A model generated the notes under the pieces. The model worked only from the letters and a program-made list of their open reading frames with translations, was not told the DNA's origin and searched no databases. From assembly GCA_963662585.1 (NCBI GenBank), contig OY759729.1:2656001-2720000 (forward strand): a stretch of 64,000 nt of DNA. Direction: 5' to 3'. A program made the translations under genes and the position numbers. Source of the stretch: Candidatus Cloacimonadales bacterium. Lineage in GTDB: Bacteria; Cloacimonadota; Cloacimonadia; Cloacimonadales; JAFGVF01. This document shows positions 49,584 to 61,700 of this stretch, in pieces. How positions within the stretch are numbered: position 1 is the stretch's first letter; the number at the start of each line of letters is the position of its first letter.

Positions 49584-50777
49584 ATGTTAAGAGTATTATT
49601 AGCCGTATTTCTGTTATCTACTACAGTGGTCATGACCGGATACCAGTCCTCTCCAGATGATGAAATTACTCTTAAAGAGAATGAGTTAAAATCTAAGAAA
49701 AAAGAGATTGATTCTTTAGAGAAAGATATTAAAAGATTACAGGCTGAAGAGAATGCTCTAAAAAGTAATAGATCTCTCACTAGTAAAGAAAAAGAGATAA
49801 AGAGTAGAAAACTAAAACAATTGATTAAAGATAAAACTTATTTGAAGAATAATCTTCAATGGTTGGTGAGTCAAGCTGGGAATGTGGAAGATAATCTTTC
49901 CCAAAAAAGAGAAGAGTCTCAGCAGACTAAAGCTAATTTTGAAACTTTAAAAAATAGCTATGAAAAAGAATTCATAGATCTCTTTATCCTTAATATTCCT
50001 AATGATAATAATGATCTTATTCGTAAAAAAATTCTCCTAAAATCTCTAATGGCATATCAAGAAGATGAAATTTTTGATCTTGATACTGACTATTTAATAA
50101 CTGAAAATATTATTGTCCAGAATGAGAGTAAATTATCAAATATCAATGATAAAATTGAATCCAAACAGAAACAACAGGACGAAGTTGATCAAGAGTATTC
50201 TGAGTATAAACAGATAACTGATGAGTTAGAAAGTAAAATTGCCAGTCTAAGTGATAAAGAAGCTAAGGTTTTAAAACAAAGAAAAGAACTTCTAGCAGAG
50301 AAAGAAAGATTGGAAAGAGACGCAGCTGAACTAGAACTGTTTATAGATGAATTAATAAAAGGTAAGAGTGATATTGACGCCTCTAAATTAGTAAATAATA
50401 TTTTGATAAAAAGACCTTGTCAAGGAAACATAATTAAAGAATTTGGTGCTAAACTGAATCAACTTTCAAAAGTAACTAATAAGGGAATAGAGATTAATGC
50501 TACTCCTGGTAGTCCGATAGAAGCAGTTTATTCAGGTGAAGTTATCTTTAGTGGATTAGTTAGATCTCGGGGACAGCTAGCGATAATAGACCATTTAAAT
50601 GGCTTTGTTTCTGTCTATGCTAATAATAGTTCTTTAAAAGTTAAAAAAGGTGATCAAGTTCAACAGGGTGATGTGATTGGGATTTCCGGTACGGACTCTG
50701 ATGGGCGTCCAGTAGTATATTTTGAACTTAGAAAGAGTAATATTCCTGTAAATCCAAAGATTTATTTTAAGAATTAA
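49584..50777 (+). CDS. EnvC-like murein hydrolase activator (coiled coil + degenerate M23 domain)
   Basis: Signal/TM, long coiled coil, NKGIEI (lacks HxxxD), VKKGDQVQQGDVIG, VYFELR (lacks HxH). Confidence 0.85.
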   Translation: MLRVLLAVFLLSTTVVMTGYQSSPDDEITLKENELKSKKKEIDSLEKDIKRLQAEENALKSNRSLTSKEKEIKSRKLKQLIKDKTYLKNNLQWLVSQAGNVEDNLSQKREESQQTKANFETLKNSYEKEFIDLFILNIPNDNNDLIRKKILLKSLMAYQEDEIFDLDTDYLITENIIVQNESKLSNINDKIESKQKQQDEVDQEYSEYKQITDELESKIASLSDKEAKVLKQRKELLAEKERLERDAAELELFIDELIKGKSDIDASKLVNNILIKRPCQGNIIKEFGAKLNQLSKVTNKGIEINATPGSPIEAVYSGEVIFSGLVRSRGQLAIIDHLNGFVSVYANNSSLKVKKGDQVQQGDVIGISGTDSDGRPVVYFELRKSNIPVNPKIYFKN

Positions 50778-50813
50778 TAATTAAAGAGATAAGAACACAG
50801 ATGATATAAAAAT

Positions 50814-51899
50814 TTGGGAGCAAAATTGAAGTTATTTAAAGATATAAAGTTTAAGCATGTTGATAAGATAATAGATAAATCATTTAAACTTGATTCTGTG
50901 TTTTTGCACCATACAGGCTATATGTATGGTATAGGCACAAGTATTGATAGTGATGCCGGTATTGATAAAATTTCAAAATTAAAGTCTCGTGATTCTGCCA
51001 AAGGTTTTGTAGTATTAGTCTCTAATGTAGATGAAATACTTAATGTGGCAGATGATATTGATAGTAGAACTGAAAGATTATTGGAGCAATATTTACCTGG
51101 GAATGTTACTTTTGTTTTAAAATGTTCTGATCCTAGATTTAGAAAAGTGGCTCTTAACGGTACAGTTGCCTTTAGAGTTCCCCAAAATCCTGTACTCTGC
51201 CACTTTATCAATAAAATCGGTACTCCTATAGTAAGCACTAGTGTTAATAGGAATGGTTTACCCCCTGAAACAGATTTGAAGAAGATAGTGGCAGATTATG
51301 ATAGCTGGTTTGATTTTGGCTTCTCAACTGTTAAACATTTCCAATTGGCTGATGATCAGCCTTCTACGATAATTAAAATTGATGAAGATATAGAGTGTAT
51401 TCGTGAAGCTTCAGTGCCCTATTATGAAATCAAGCAGAGTTTTGATCAATCCATGATTCTCTTTGTTTGCACAGGTAATGTGTGTCGTTCTCCGATAGCA
51501 GAATATCTGTTAAGAAAGAAAATTATGGAAGAAGAGCTTCCTTATAGAACTGCTTCTGCTGGCGTTTTACAAGACGGAATGGTAATTTCATCTAATTCCT
51601 CAGTATTGCTAATTGAAAATGGAATGGATGCTACTGCCCATGTTTCTAGGAAATTAAATCTAGAGATAATCCGGGATAGTTGGTTAATTCTTACTATGGA
51701 AGAGAAACATAAACAATTTTTTGAAAAGAACTTTCCTCAGTATAGTCATAAAGTATATACTTTATTAGAGTTTTGTGGGGGAGAAGGTGATGTAGAAGAC
51801 CCTTATATGGAAAGTATTGAGAAATATAGAATAGCCTATAATATTATTGAAAAGAATATAGATTGCTTAATTGATATATTAAAAAAAGAGGTAAAATAG
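50814..51899 (+). CDS. TsaC/Sua5 (YrdC) domain fused to low-molecular-weight protein phosphatase
   Basis: KSR..K, PGNVT, VAFRVP, STSVN, PSTII; then FVCTGNVCRS and DPY; TTG 50826 is an alternative start. Confidence 0.88.
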   Translation: MGAKLKLFKDIKFKHVDKIIDKSFKLDSVFLHHTGYMYGIGTSIDSDAGIDKISKLKSRDSAKGFVVLVSNVDEILNVADDIDSRTERLLEQYLPGNVTFVLKCSDPRFRKVALNGTVAFRVPQNPVLCHFINKIGTPIVSTSVNRNGLPPETDLKKIVADYDSWFDFGFSTVKHFQLADDQPSTIIKIDEDIECIREASVPYYEIKQSFDQSMILFVCTGNVCRSPIAEYLLRKKIMEEELPYRTASAGVLQDGMVISSNSSVLLIENGMDATAHVSRKLNLEIIRDSWLILTMEEKHKQFFEKNFPQYSHKVYTLLEFCGGEGDVEDPYMESIEKYRIAYNIIEKNIDCLIDILKKEVK

Positions 51900-54101
51900 A
51901 TGATTGAACCTAAGATTACGCCTGAGATTGTCCAAGAGCATGGAATTAACCAGGAGGAGTGGCAATTAATTTTAGAAACTTTAAAAAGAGAACCTAATTT
52001 CACTGAATTAGGTATTATCTCTGTGATGTGGTCGGAACATGCGAGTTACAAAAACTCTATCAAGTTAATTAAGACATTACCTAGAGATGGGGAAGCAATG
52101 TTAGCAAAAGCCGGTGATGAGAATGCTGGAGTTGTTGATATTGGCGATGGTTTAGCAGTTTCATTCAAGATAGAAAGTCATAATCACCCTTCAGCTGTAG
52201 AGCCTTATCATGGTGCAGCTACAGGAGTTGGTGGTATCTTGCGTGATATCTTTACAATGGGAGCAAGACCTGTTGCTGTTTTGGATTCACTAAGATTTGG
52301 CAATCCTAATGATAGTAATGTTAAATTCTTAATGCATGGTGTTGTTGATGGTATTGCTGATTATGGAAACTGTTTTGGAGTTCCTAATGTGGGTGGTGAA
52401 GTATATTTTGAAGATAGTTACTCAGGTAATCCACTAGTTAATGCTATGGCTGTAGGTGTTTTGAAACATGAAAATTTAGCTAAGTCAGGTGCTGAAGGTG
52501 TAGGTAATTTAGTAATGTATGTGGGAGCAAAAACAGGTAGAGATGGTATTCATGGTGCTACTTTTGCTTCAGTTGAGCTTACTGATGAATCTGAAGAGAA
52601 AAGAACAGCTGTTCAAGTTGGAGATCCTTTTATGGAGAAGCTTCTTTTAGAAGCGACTTTAGAGACAATTGAAGCAGGTGTAATTGTAGCCATCCAAGAT
52701 ATGGGGGCTGCCGGATTAACCTGTTCAAGTAGTGAAATGGCTGGCAAAACAGGTGTAGGTATTGAATTAGATGTTAATCTTGTACCTAAGCGTGAAAGCG
52801 GAATGACTCCTTATGAAGTTATGTTGTCAGAGTCTCAAGAAAGAATGTTGATGATTGTTGAAGCTCACAATGTTGAGAGAGTTCAAGCTATTTATGAAAA
52901 ATGGGATTTACATGCTGAAATTATTGGTAAAGTTACTGATGACGGTCTTTTAAGAGTTAAAGAGGGTGATAATATCAAAGCAGAGTTACCTGCAAGAATG
53001 TTAGTTCTTGGTGGTGATGCTCCTCAATATGTGCGGGAACAAAGAAAACCAGCCTATATTGATGAAGTTCAGCAGGCAGATTTATCTCAAGTGCCTGAAC
53101 CTACAGATTATAATGAAACTTTGTTAAAACTAATCTCTTCATATAATATTGCTTCTAAGAGAAGTATTTATAATCAATATGATCACATGGTTCAGATTAA
53201 TACAATGGTTGAGCCTGGTTCAGATGCTGGAGTTGTCCGCGTAAAAGATACCAATAAGGCCTTAGCTTTGTCTACTGACTGTAATGGTCGTCACTGCTGG
53301 TTAAACCCTTATGAAGGGGCTAAAGGTGCAGTAGCAGAGTCTGCTCGTAATGTAGTATGTAGTGGAGCTAAGCCTGTAGCAATTACTAATTGTTTGAACT
53401 TCGGAAATCCTTATAAACCAGAAGTTTATTGGACTTTTGCTGAAGCTATAAAGGGTATCGGAGATGCTTGTAGAGCATTTGATACTCCTGTTACTGGTGG
53501 AAATGTATCTTTCTACAATGAAAATCCAACTGCTGCTATTTATCCAACTCCTACTATTGGAATGTTAGGCATTGTTGAAGATAATACTAAAATCATGGAT
53601 CAATATTTCAAAGATGATGGTGATGTTATTATTCTGCTAGGAGATAAAGCTAGCAACATCGGTGGTTCAGAATATCTCAAAGAGATTCACGGTAAGATTT
53701 TAGGAAATGCTCCAGAAGTTGATTTAGCAAAAGAGAAAAGACTTTATGAGATAACCTTGAAATTAATAGATGAGAGATTAATTAAGTCAGCTCATGATTG
53801 TTCCGATGGTGGACTTGCTGTAACAATTGCAGAAAGTTGCTTTTTACCAAATAAGACCTTAAAAGGTGCTATAATTGATTTAGATTTTGAGAATAGAGCA
53901 GATGCTGAATTATTTGGTGAAGCACATTCTCGTATTGTTATCTCAACTGTTCCTGAGAATGTACCTATGATAATTGAACTTTGTGAAGACTTCACTTGTT
54001 CTGTTATCGGAGAAGTTTCAGGCGATAGATTTAATATAAACAATATTATCGATATAGCTATTGACGAATTATATTCTAAATGGTATAATAAAATTAAATA
54101 A
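51900..54101 (+). CDS. purL: Phosphoribosylformylglycinamidine synthase subunit PurL (small type)
   Basis: [51 protein letters not shown]. Confidence 0.97.
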   Translation: MIEPKITPEIVQEHGINQEEWQLILETLKREPNFTELGIISVMWSEHASYKNSIKLIKTLPRDGEAMLAKAGDENAGVVDIGDGLAVSFKIESHNHPSAVEPYHGAATGVGGILRDIFTMGARPVAVLDSLRFGNPNDSNVKFLMHGVVDGIADYGNCFGVPNVGGEVYFEDSYSGNPLVNAMAVGVLKHENLAKSGAEGVGNLVMYVGAKTGRDGIHGATFASVELTDESEEKRTAVQVGDPFMEKLLLEATLETIEAGVIVAIQDMGAAGLTCSSSEMAGKTGVGIELDVNLVPKRESGMTPYEVMLSESQERMLMIVEAHNVERVQAIYEKWDLHAEIIGKVTDDGLLRVKEGDNIKAELPARMLVLGGDAPQYVREQRKPAYIDEVQQADLSQVPEPTDYNETLLKLISSYNIASKRSIYNQYDHMVQINTMVEPGSDAGVVRVKDTNKALALSTDCNGRHCWLNPYEGAKGAVAESARNVVCSGAKPVAITNCLNFGNPYKPEVYWTFAEAIKGIGDACRAFDTPVTGGNVSFYNENPTAAIYPTPTIGMLGIVEDNTKIMDQYFKDDGDVIILLGDKASNIGGSEYLKEIHGKILGNAPEVDLAKEKRLYEITLKLIDERLIKSAHDCSDGGLAVTIAESCFLPNKTLKGAIIDLDFENRADAELFGEAHSRIVISTVPENVPMIIELCEDFTCSVIGEVSGDRFNINNIIDIAIDELYSKWYNKIK

Positions 54102-54116
54102 TATTTGACAGAAATT

Positions 54117-54160
54117 AAAAGAGACACAAATATAGGAATATTTATTGTGTCTCTTTTTTT
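54117..54160 (+). terminator. Probable terminator after purL
   Basis: AAAAGAGACACAA-N15-TTGTGTCTCTTTT plus T run. Confidence 0.55.
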
Positions 54161-54202
54161 TAGAAGTGACAAACAAAAAAAACTAATTAAATTGGAGGAG
54201 GA

Positions 54203-54730
54203 ATGAAAATGAACTTTTTCTTTAGTGGACCCTTTTGGGGTGTTTTATTAATACTTTGGGGATTGTCTTTAGTGCTTAAAGGTTTTTTCCCAAGTATCCG
54301 CTTACCTCTTGGAACTATTTTTGTTTCAATATGTATAATTATATTTGGTGTTCAGTTATTAATGGGTGGTTTTGGTGATAGGAATAGACATAGAAGCAGA
54401 CATTCTGAAAGTGATATTAGTCATGGTTTTTCCGAGCGTCAAAGTGGTCAATTTTCTGAAGAATTAAATGTTGTTTTTTCCACTGATTCAATTAGAATGA
54501 GCAATATTGATCTTTCAAATCACGATAGGTTCGTAGATATAAATGCTGTCTTTGGCAAAGCTATTTTATATGTGGACCGTGATACACCAGTAAGGATAGA
54601 AGCTGATGCTGTTTTTGGCAAAGTATTTAAAGATTCAAGATTAAAATGGGCTTCTGGTGATGAGACTGCTTTGATAATTAAGGCAGAAGCTGTATTCGGA
54701 TCAGTTGATATTATAGTTTTAGATAGATAA
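54203..54730 (+). CDS. LiaF-like membrane protein
   Basis: Two N-terminal TM helices (FWGVLLILWG), repeated AVFG beta motifs. Confidence 0.65.
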   Translation: MKMNFFFSGPFWGVLLILWGLSLVLKGFFPSIRLPLGTIFVSICIIIFGVQLLMGGFGDRNRHRSRHSESDISHGFSERQSGQFSEELNVVFSTDSIRMSNIDLSNHDRFVDINAVFGKAILYVDRDTPVRIEADAVFGKVFKDSRLKWASGDETALIIKAEAVFGSVDIIVLDR

Positions 54731-56886
54731 TGAAAAAAATTGCTTTTATTCTCTTAATGATTTTTGTATATTCTTCTATTTATGCTGAAGATGTAAAAAT
54801 TGGCTTAGCATTGAGTGGTGGTGGAGCTCGAGGTCTCGCTCATATCGGTCTACTCAAAGTGATAGATGAAATTGGTTTAGAGGTAGATTATATATCCGGA
54901 ACCAGTTTCGGAGCTTTAATTGGAGGAATGTACTCCTTAGGTTATACTGGGCAAGAGATAGAAGCAATATTTCTTAAGTTTGACTTTAGAAGTCAGATAA
55001 GTGATTCTATAAGTAGAAGAGACCTCTTTATTGAAGAGAAAAGATGGCTAGATTACGGAGTGGTAAACTTCAATATTGATGAAGATTTATCTCTAAATAT
55101 TCCGATGTCAATACTTTCAGGAAATAATATGCTCCAGAAGTTAGCAAAGTACTTAAACAGAGGAATATATTATCAAACTTTTGATGATTTTCCTATTCCT
55201 TTTAGATGTAATGCAACTAATCTAACTACTGGTGAAAGTGTAACTTTTAAACAAGGTAACTTGATAGATGTTGTAAGAGCTTCCATGGCATTTCCTACTT
55301 TGTTAGAACCATTTGAAGTTAATGGTGACCTTTTTGTAGATGGGGGAGTTAAGGATAATCTTCCTGTCCAGGCTTTAACAGATATGGGATCTAATTACAT
55401 TATTGCCAATAAAGTAAACACTCCTCTCAAAGGGAAGGATGAATGTGAGGATTTTATTGCTGTGTTAAATCAAACCATCAACATCAATATGAATGTCTGG
55501 GTTGATGAAGCAGTAAGGAAGTCGGATTTAGTGATCCTTCCTGAATTAAATAGTTATAACAATGCCAGTTTTGATGAAATGCAAGATATTATTAGATTGG
55601 GAGAAGAGGCTGCACGAGAAAATATCACTGAATTACTTAGATTAAAATCCTTACAAGATAAAAGTAAAACAAGAAAGCATAGCTTTAAACTTCCTGAGCA
55701 ATTCTTTGTGAATACTATCACAACTTCTGGCAATACCACAATTCATAGTTCTAAAATCAAGCTTTATTCTGGACTTAAAGATGGTAATTATTACTCTTAT
55801 AATGATATCTTAGAGGCATCTAAAAAGTGCTATAATACTAAGTTCTTCCACTGGGTTTATCCTAAGTTAAGTTATGATAATAGTAACTACAATTTAGAAT
55901 TTGTTGTTAAAGAGAAAGCTAATAGCCTTTTAAGTGTGGATGTTATCTACGATACTTCAGATGATTTGATAGCTCGTGCGACTACTACAATGAATAATGT
56001 TCTGCAAAAGAACTCAAAATTACTTGCTAGTATTCAATTAGGTGGAATAAACTCATTAACCTTTGATTATGTGAAGAACTTTGGCGATTTATATGGTGCT
56101 TATTACCATGTTTTCCCTTATCTTGAAGAGATAAAAATGTATAATTACAACTTTGAAGGGAATAAAAGCAGTAGAATCAAGAAGTTGGAGTATGGCTTAA
56201 ACCTGGGAGTAGGTTTTTTTCTTAAGGATATTTTAGTAGGAGAGGGTTATCTCTTCGGATATAGAAGTCGTTTGTACCAAGATGTGGCTGAATTAGATTT
56301 GCCTCAAAGAAAGTTTAAAGCTTTCGGAGTTGGGGTTAAAGCATATCATGAAAGCATTGATGATTTGAACTTTCCTTCCAAGGGAAATAGGGTAATGATA
56401 AGTTATAGGAAAGCCCTAGATTCATCTCTTTCTGATGAGTCTTTCGAAAAGGTTTATTTTGACCTTTTTAAAGCACTTCCCCTCAATTCTAATTTATCTC
56501 TTCAAGTCGGTATGGAAGCTGGAGCACTTAGAAATGCCTATTTAGCTACAATATTTTCTCCTTTCCAAGTAGGTGGTATTGATTCTTTTACAGGTATGGA
56601 TAGACATAGTCTCAATTATGAAGCTTATCAAAATAACAGAATTGGTCTTTTATATAATTATAAAAAGAGATATTTTATCAATATGAGCCTTCAATACCTC
56701 TATAAAGGGGATTTGAAGGAGGCTGGGCAATCCATTATCTCAGATAATGTTTTAGATTTAACTCTAGGCTATAAATCGCCAATTGGTCCTTTGAGGATTA
56801 CTGTTGCACATGACTTTGTAGAAAAATTTAACTATTTTATTTCTTTTGGATTTACTAAAGATATATTTAAGTTCTCAAAAAATTAG
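54730..56886 (+). CDS. Patatin-like phospholipase with POTRA and C-terminal barrel (PlpD-like)
   Basis: GGGARG, GTSFG, DGG; POTRA-like segment; SPIGPL...FISFG barrel end. Confidence 0.88.
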   Translation: MKKIAFILLMIFVYSSIYAEDVKIGLALSGGGARGLAHIGLLKVIDEIGLEVDYISGTSFGALIGGMYSLGYTGQEIEAIFLKFDFRSQISDSISRRDLFIEEKRWLDYGVVNFNIDEDLSLNIPMSILSGNNMLQKLAKYLNRGIYYQTFDDFPIPFRCNATNLTTGESVTFKQGNLIDVVRASMAFPTLLEPFEVNGDLFVDGGVKDNLPVQALTDMGSNYIIANKVNTPLKGKDECEDFIAVLNQTININMNVWVDEAVRKSDLVILPELNSYNNASFDEMQDIIRLGEEAARENITELLRLKSLQDKSKTRKHSFKLPEQFFVNTITTSGNTTIHSSKIKLYSGLKDGNYYSYNDILEASKKCYNTKFFHWVYPKLSYDNSNYNLEFVVKEKANSLLSVDVIYDTSDDLIARATTTMNNVLQKNSKLLASIQLGGINSLTFDYVKNFGDLYGAYYHVFPYLEEIKMYNYNFEGNKSSRIKKLEYGLNLGVGFFLKDILVGEGYLFGYRSRLYQDVAELDLPQRKFKAFGVGVKAYHESIDDLNFPSKGNRVMISYRKALDSSLSDESFEKVYFDLFKALPLNSNLSLQVGMEAGALRNAYLATIFSPFQVGGIDSFTGMDRHSLNYEAYQNNRIGLLYNYKKRYFINMSLQYLYKGDLKEAGQSIISDNVLDLTLGYKSPIGPLRITVAHDFVEKFNYFISFGFTKDIFKFSKN

Positions 56887-56894
56887 GAGGAATT

Positions 56895-57878
56895 ATGATT
56901 CCGGTTATTGATCTTCATGCTGATACATATATGAAAAAAGATATATTTAACACTCTTCCATGGATAAGAAAAGCATTTTTTAAAATGCCTCATGAACAAG
57001 AAAAAGAGACTCAATTCTCTGAAGATATTACTAAAGAGGCGATCATAGGTGGGAATGTTAAACTTCAAACTCAATCACTTTTTATTGGTCAATTAGGTAT
57101 TACTAATCCCCTACATAATGGACTTAAAATGCTTGCTAATATCAAGCGGGATATTAAAGCTGATTCTAACTTGTATCAATACTATACTATAGAGGATTTT
57201 TATCATAATCACGATAAGTACGGTACCCTGATCTCCATTGAAGGTTTAGAATTAATAGCCAATGATTTAGACCTTTTGGATATATACACGGAACTGGGAG
57301 TAAGAATGATAGCTCCAACATGGAATCGTGCTTTACCTTATGTTGGTTCTGCTGTGGAACCTTATGGGATTTTGGAGCAAGGAAGGCAGTTAGCTGATAA
57401 AATTAATGAGTTAAATCTAATTTTTGATGTCTCTCATATTTCTGATCAAGGCTTTTGGGATTACTTGGATATATTACAAGTACCAATTATTGCTTCTCAT
57501 TCAAATTATCGTAAGGTTGTCCCTCATGAGAGAAATCTTTCAGAAGAGATGATCAAAGAGATTGATGATCGAGGTGGTGTTATGGGTTTAAACTTCTATC
57601 CTGATTTTATGAAGACTTCTCAGATAAAAATATATGAAGATTACCCTCTAGGATATTCTGCAATCTACAATATGCTTGATGCTATTATCTCTGATTTTGG
57701 CGATGATATAGTTGCTTTTGGTTCGGACTTTGATGGCATTTCTAAATATTTGGAAGGAGTTAAAAACCCAGGATTTTATCAGCATTTTGCTAACTTCCTA
57801 AGAGAAAGAAAAGTATCTGAAAACACTATTGAAAAGCTATTCTATAAAAACGCTTTGCGTGTTTTAGAAATGATATGA
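56895..57878 (+). CDS. Membrane dipeptidase (M19) family protein
   Basis: DLHAD, SIEG, DVSH, ASHSN, RNL, GSDFDG. Confidence 0.92.
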   Translation: MIPVIDLHADTYMKKDIFNTLPWIRKAFFKMPHEQEKETQFSEDITKEAIIGGNVKLQTQSLFIGQLGITNPLHNGLKMLANIKRDIKADSNLYQYYTIEDFYHNHDKYGTLISIEGLELIANDLDLLDIYTELGVRMIAPTWNRALPYVGSAVEPYGILEQGRQLADKINELNLIFDVSHISDQGFWDYLDILQVPIIASHSNYRKVVPHERNLSEEMIKEIDDRGGVMGLNFYPDFMKTSQIKIYEDYPLGYSAIYNMLDAIISDFGDDIVAFGSDFDGISKYLEGVKNPGFYQHFANFLRERKVSENTIEKLFYKNALRVLEMI

Positions 57879-57885
57879 GGTGATT

Positions 57886-58452
57886 ATGGAAAGATGTAGT
57901 TGGTCCTTATCTGACCCTTTATATATAAAATACCATGATGAAGAGTGGGGAACTCCCCTTAAAGATGATCAAATGTTATACGAATTTTTAGTACTAGAGA
58001 GTATGCAGGCTGGACTTAGCTGGTTAACTATTCTCAAGAAGAGAGAGAACTTTAGACAAGCTTTTGCTAATTTCGACATAAAAGAAGTTGCAAGTTTTAC
58101 TGAAGTCAATATCCAAGAACTGCTCAATAACAAGGGAATTATCAGAAACAATCTTAAAATAAAGGCAGCTATTAATAATGCTAAGAAAGTATTAGAACTC
58201 CAACAAGAATTTGGCTCCTTCGCAGATTACTTATGGGGTTTTGTAGATCATAAAACAATTGTTAATAAATTTCATAGTATTTTAGATATTCCAACTTCTA
58301 CTTCATTATCAGATAAAATTTCTAAAGACTTAAAAAAGAGAGGTTTTAAGTTTATTGGTACAACTATTATCTACTCTTTTATGCAAGCTGTAGGTATGGT
58401 AAATGACCATGTTGTAGATTGTTATCGTTACAAAGAACTAAATGGATATTGA
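57886..58452 (+). CDS. tag: DNA-3-methyladenine glycosylase I
   Basis: RCSW, YHDEEWG, QAGLSWLTILKKRE, IIRN, GMVNDH..C. Confidence 0.96.
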   Translation: MERCSWSLSDPLYIKYHDEEWGTPLKDDQMLYEFLVLESMQAGLSWLTILKKRENFRQAFANFDIKEVASFTEVNIQELLNNKGIIRNNLKIKAAINNAKKVLELQQEFGSFADYLWGFVDHKTIVNKFHSILDIPTSTSLSDKISKDLKKRGFKFIGTTIIYSFMQAVGMVNDHVVDCYRYKELNGY

Positions 58453-58502
58453 AATAGAGATTGAATTTATTTAATATTATTTGCCTATGTTAATAAAGTC
58501 AG

Positions 58503-58579
58503 TGGCGTCCCCGATGCGATTCGAACGCATGACCTTCTGTTCCGGAGACAAACACTCTATCCAGCTGAGCTACGGGGAC
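58503..58579 (-). tRNA. tRNA-Arg(CCG)
   Basis: GTCCCCG acceptor stem, TAGCTCAGCTGGATAGAG D arm, anticodon loop CT-CCG-GA, TTCGAAT T loop, encoded CCA; 77 nt. Confidence 0.96.
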
Positions 58580-58741
58580 ACTAATTGCTTGATAATAGAG
58601 CTTAGTATATTTGTCAAGAGCAAAGTTATCTTTAACAAAAACATTTTTAGGTCGTTATTGATAAAGAAATAAAAATAAAAATTGACGGGATTATAATTAA
58701 TTAGTAATATGACTTAGATAAGATAACTATTGGAGATAATA

Positions 58742-61700
58742 ATGAACAGATATAAAGGACATAAATCTAGGAAAAAAACAAATAAAAAGATATTAAACAA
58801 GCATTTGAGAAAAAGTACTATTATGGGAGATATCTTTAAATCTGTTCTCTTATCCGCCTTTGCAACCCTTTTTGTGTTATTGTGTACTTTAGGTTACTAT
58901 ATGTATCAGCGAAATATCAAGTATTCTGTATCTATGCTGGAAGAAGAAACCAATTCAATAACTGTAGAAACTGATCACTATTTCAAAGATATTATGACAA
59001 TTATGGATATTTTATCCTATTCCCAATGCCTTTATGAAGCCAATGAATCTCCTGAGAAACGAGAATTGCTTCTTGAAATGATTTCTGATATTGAAAAGAA
59101 TAAGTATAATATAAACAGTCTTTTCATTGGCTATACAGATTCTTTCTTTTTGACAGATAAGAATATTTTCCCTGAAAATTATAATTTCCAAGAATCACAA
59201 TGGTATAAAGATGCCCTTATCACCCACGATAGTAATTATAGTGTAGGAAAGTTCTCAAATCTTACAAAAGGGGATACACCAAAGTTCTTTATTAGTAAAT
59301 CATTTTCTCAAGATGGTGTCAAAAGGGGAGTTATCGGTGTAGATTGTATCTTAGACCCTGTATATAATCTTTTTGGTTCAAAATCCTTGTTTGAATCAAA
59401 AACTGTTATGTTAGTTAATAGTGTAGATCAACTTATTTTAAGTAAAAATCCTACCATGGTTGATGAAATGATTTTAGCTAATCACCCCGAAATGTTTAAT
59501 TCAAAAAAAACTTCCTTCAAGATAAGCCAAGGTAGAGATAAGTTTCTTGTTTATTCTCATCAACTAGTACATAGCGATTGGTTTTTAGTAAGTAAGATAA
59601 ATTTTTCTGAAATTACTTCACCTATTCTCCCCCGAGTACTCATTCTCTCTATAGCATTAATTATAATCACTATTGTTGTTTCAAAAATCTACTCTATAGT
59701 CTTAGGAAGAACAATTGCCAAGCCTGTTCTAGAAGTTAGTTTAGCCCTTCAAAGCCTTGCTAAAGGAAATCGAAATATAGATCCCATCGAAAAATATCCC
59801 CAAAATGAAATCGGGATGATGGCGAAGAGTTTCAATACTTTTTTGAAGAATACTGAGATTTTGAAAGCAGATATTAATGAACTTAAAGAGACTAAAGCAG
59901 ATTTATCATATTCTCTTTCTTTGCTAAATGCATCCCTAGAATCTACAGATGATGGTATTTTGATTATTAACAATAATGGGTACATAACCAAATGGAATCA
60001 GCGATTTTTAGAAATTTGGGGAATCACTGATGAAGAAATACACTCAAGGGTTGATGCGAATTTACTACCAAGAGTCGAAGATAAAATCATCAATGCAGAT
60101 GAATTTATTAGCCAAATTAACAAGGTTATGGAAAATCCTAAAATGGTTAGTTTTGATATTGTTGAATTTAAAAATGGTACAGTCATAGAACGCTATTCTT
60201 ATCCACAGCAAGTAGAAGATAAGATAGTTGGAAGAGTGTGGAGATATAGAGATATTACCCAGATAAGAAAATCAGAATTACTCCTCAAAGATAGTGAAGA
60301 GAAACACAGAGTGATGTTCACTCAAACTGTAGATGCTTATTGTATTATTGATAATGGTGTGTTTACTGAAGTTAATCATGCCGCTGATAAAATGCTTAAT
60401 TCCCCCAAAGGTTGGCTAGCGGGTAAAACCCCAGAGGAAATTTCACCTGAGTATCAACCGGATGGTAAACTTTCTAGGATAAGTGCTGCTGAACATATTG
60501 AGATGGTTAAACAGAAAGGAAAACATAGTTTTGATTGGATTCATCTTCGTTATGATGGTAGCCAATTTCCTGCTGAGATTACTTTAATAACAATTAAATT
60601 AAAAGAAAAGAATTTGATTCTTGCCATCTGGAAGGATGTTACAGAAGAGAGAGAAATTGCTGAAAAGCTTAAAATAAGTGAAAAGAACTTCCGCTTGTTC
60701 TTTGAAACTATGGAAGATATGATATTTATCAGTGATTATCAAGGAAAATTAAAATACACTAATAGGATCGTTTCTGAAAAATTGGGATATAGTTTTGATG
60801 AACTTAAGGATATGACTATTATTGATCTTCACGAAAATAATGATGGTCCTAGCTTAAATGAAATAATGACCTATCTAATTGATGGTAATGGTGTTAATTG
60901 TCCACTACCAGTCAAAAGAAAAGATGGAGATCTTATAGGAGTAGAAACTAGGACTTGGCTAGGAAAATGGAATGGTGAGGAATGTCTTTTTGGTATTAGT
61001 AAAGATATATCCAAGCAACAAGAAGCCTTGATGAATTTTAATAAGATCTTTGAAAGTAATCCTGCCTTAATGGCTCTTTCAAGTTATCCTGAAAGGCGTT
61101 TTATTGATGTTAATAATAGTTTCTGTAAGACTTTAGGATATAACAAAGAAGATGTTTTGGGGAAAACAACTCAAGAACTGAATTTAACTATGGAAATGGG
61201 AAAGCTAGATAGAGCTTCATCCAAATTACTTGCAGAAGGTAATTTTACTAATCTCCAATTAAAAGTTTCTAAAAGAGATGGTAGAATAATAGAAGGACTC
61301 TTCTCAGGCGAATTAATTGAAACAAATGGTAAGAAGTTCTTTTTAACTGTAATGACTGATATTACAAACATGAAAAAACTAGATAGGAAGCTAAGAGTAT
61401 CAGAAAGGAAATATAGGTTACTTTTTGAGAACATGACAACTGGTTTTGCTTTACATGAAATGATCTATGATGAAGATGGCAAAGCCATTGATTATAGGTT
61501 TCTAGATATTAATCCTGCTTTCGAAGAATACACAGGAGCTAAAGCTGAACAACTTATTGGTAGGACTGTCAAAGAGGTATTTCCTCAGACAGAAGATTAC
61601 TGGATAGATACTTATGGTAAAGTGGCAAAAACAGGTGAATCAATCAATTATGAACAGTATTCTCAGGAATTTGGTAAGTACTTTGAAGTAAAAGCTTTTT

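Noticed and set aside
58453..58579. tRNA-anchored integrative element
   Set aside because: No integrase and no duplicated tRNA 3' end noticed in the window
58481..58672. 63-aa ORF
   Set aside because: Overlaps tRNA-Arg on the opposite strand
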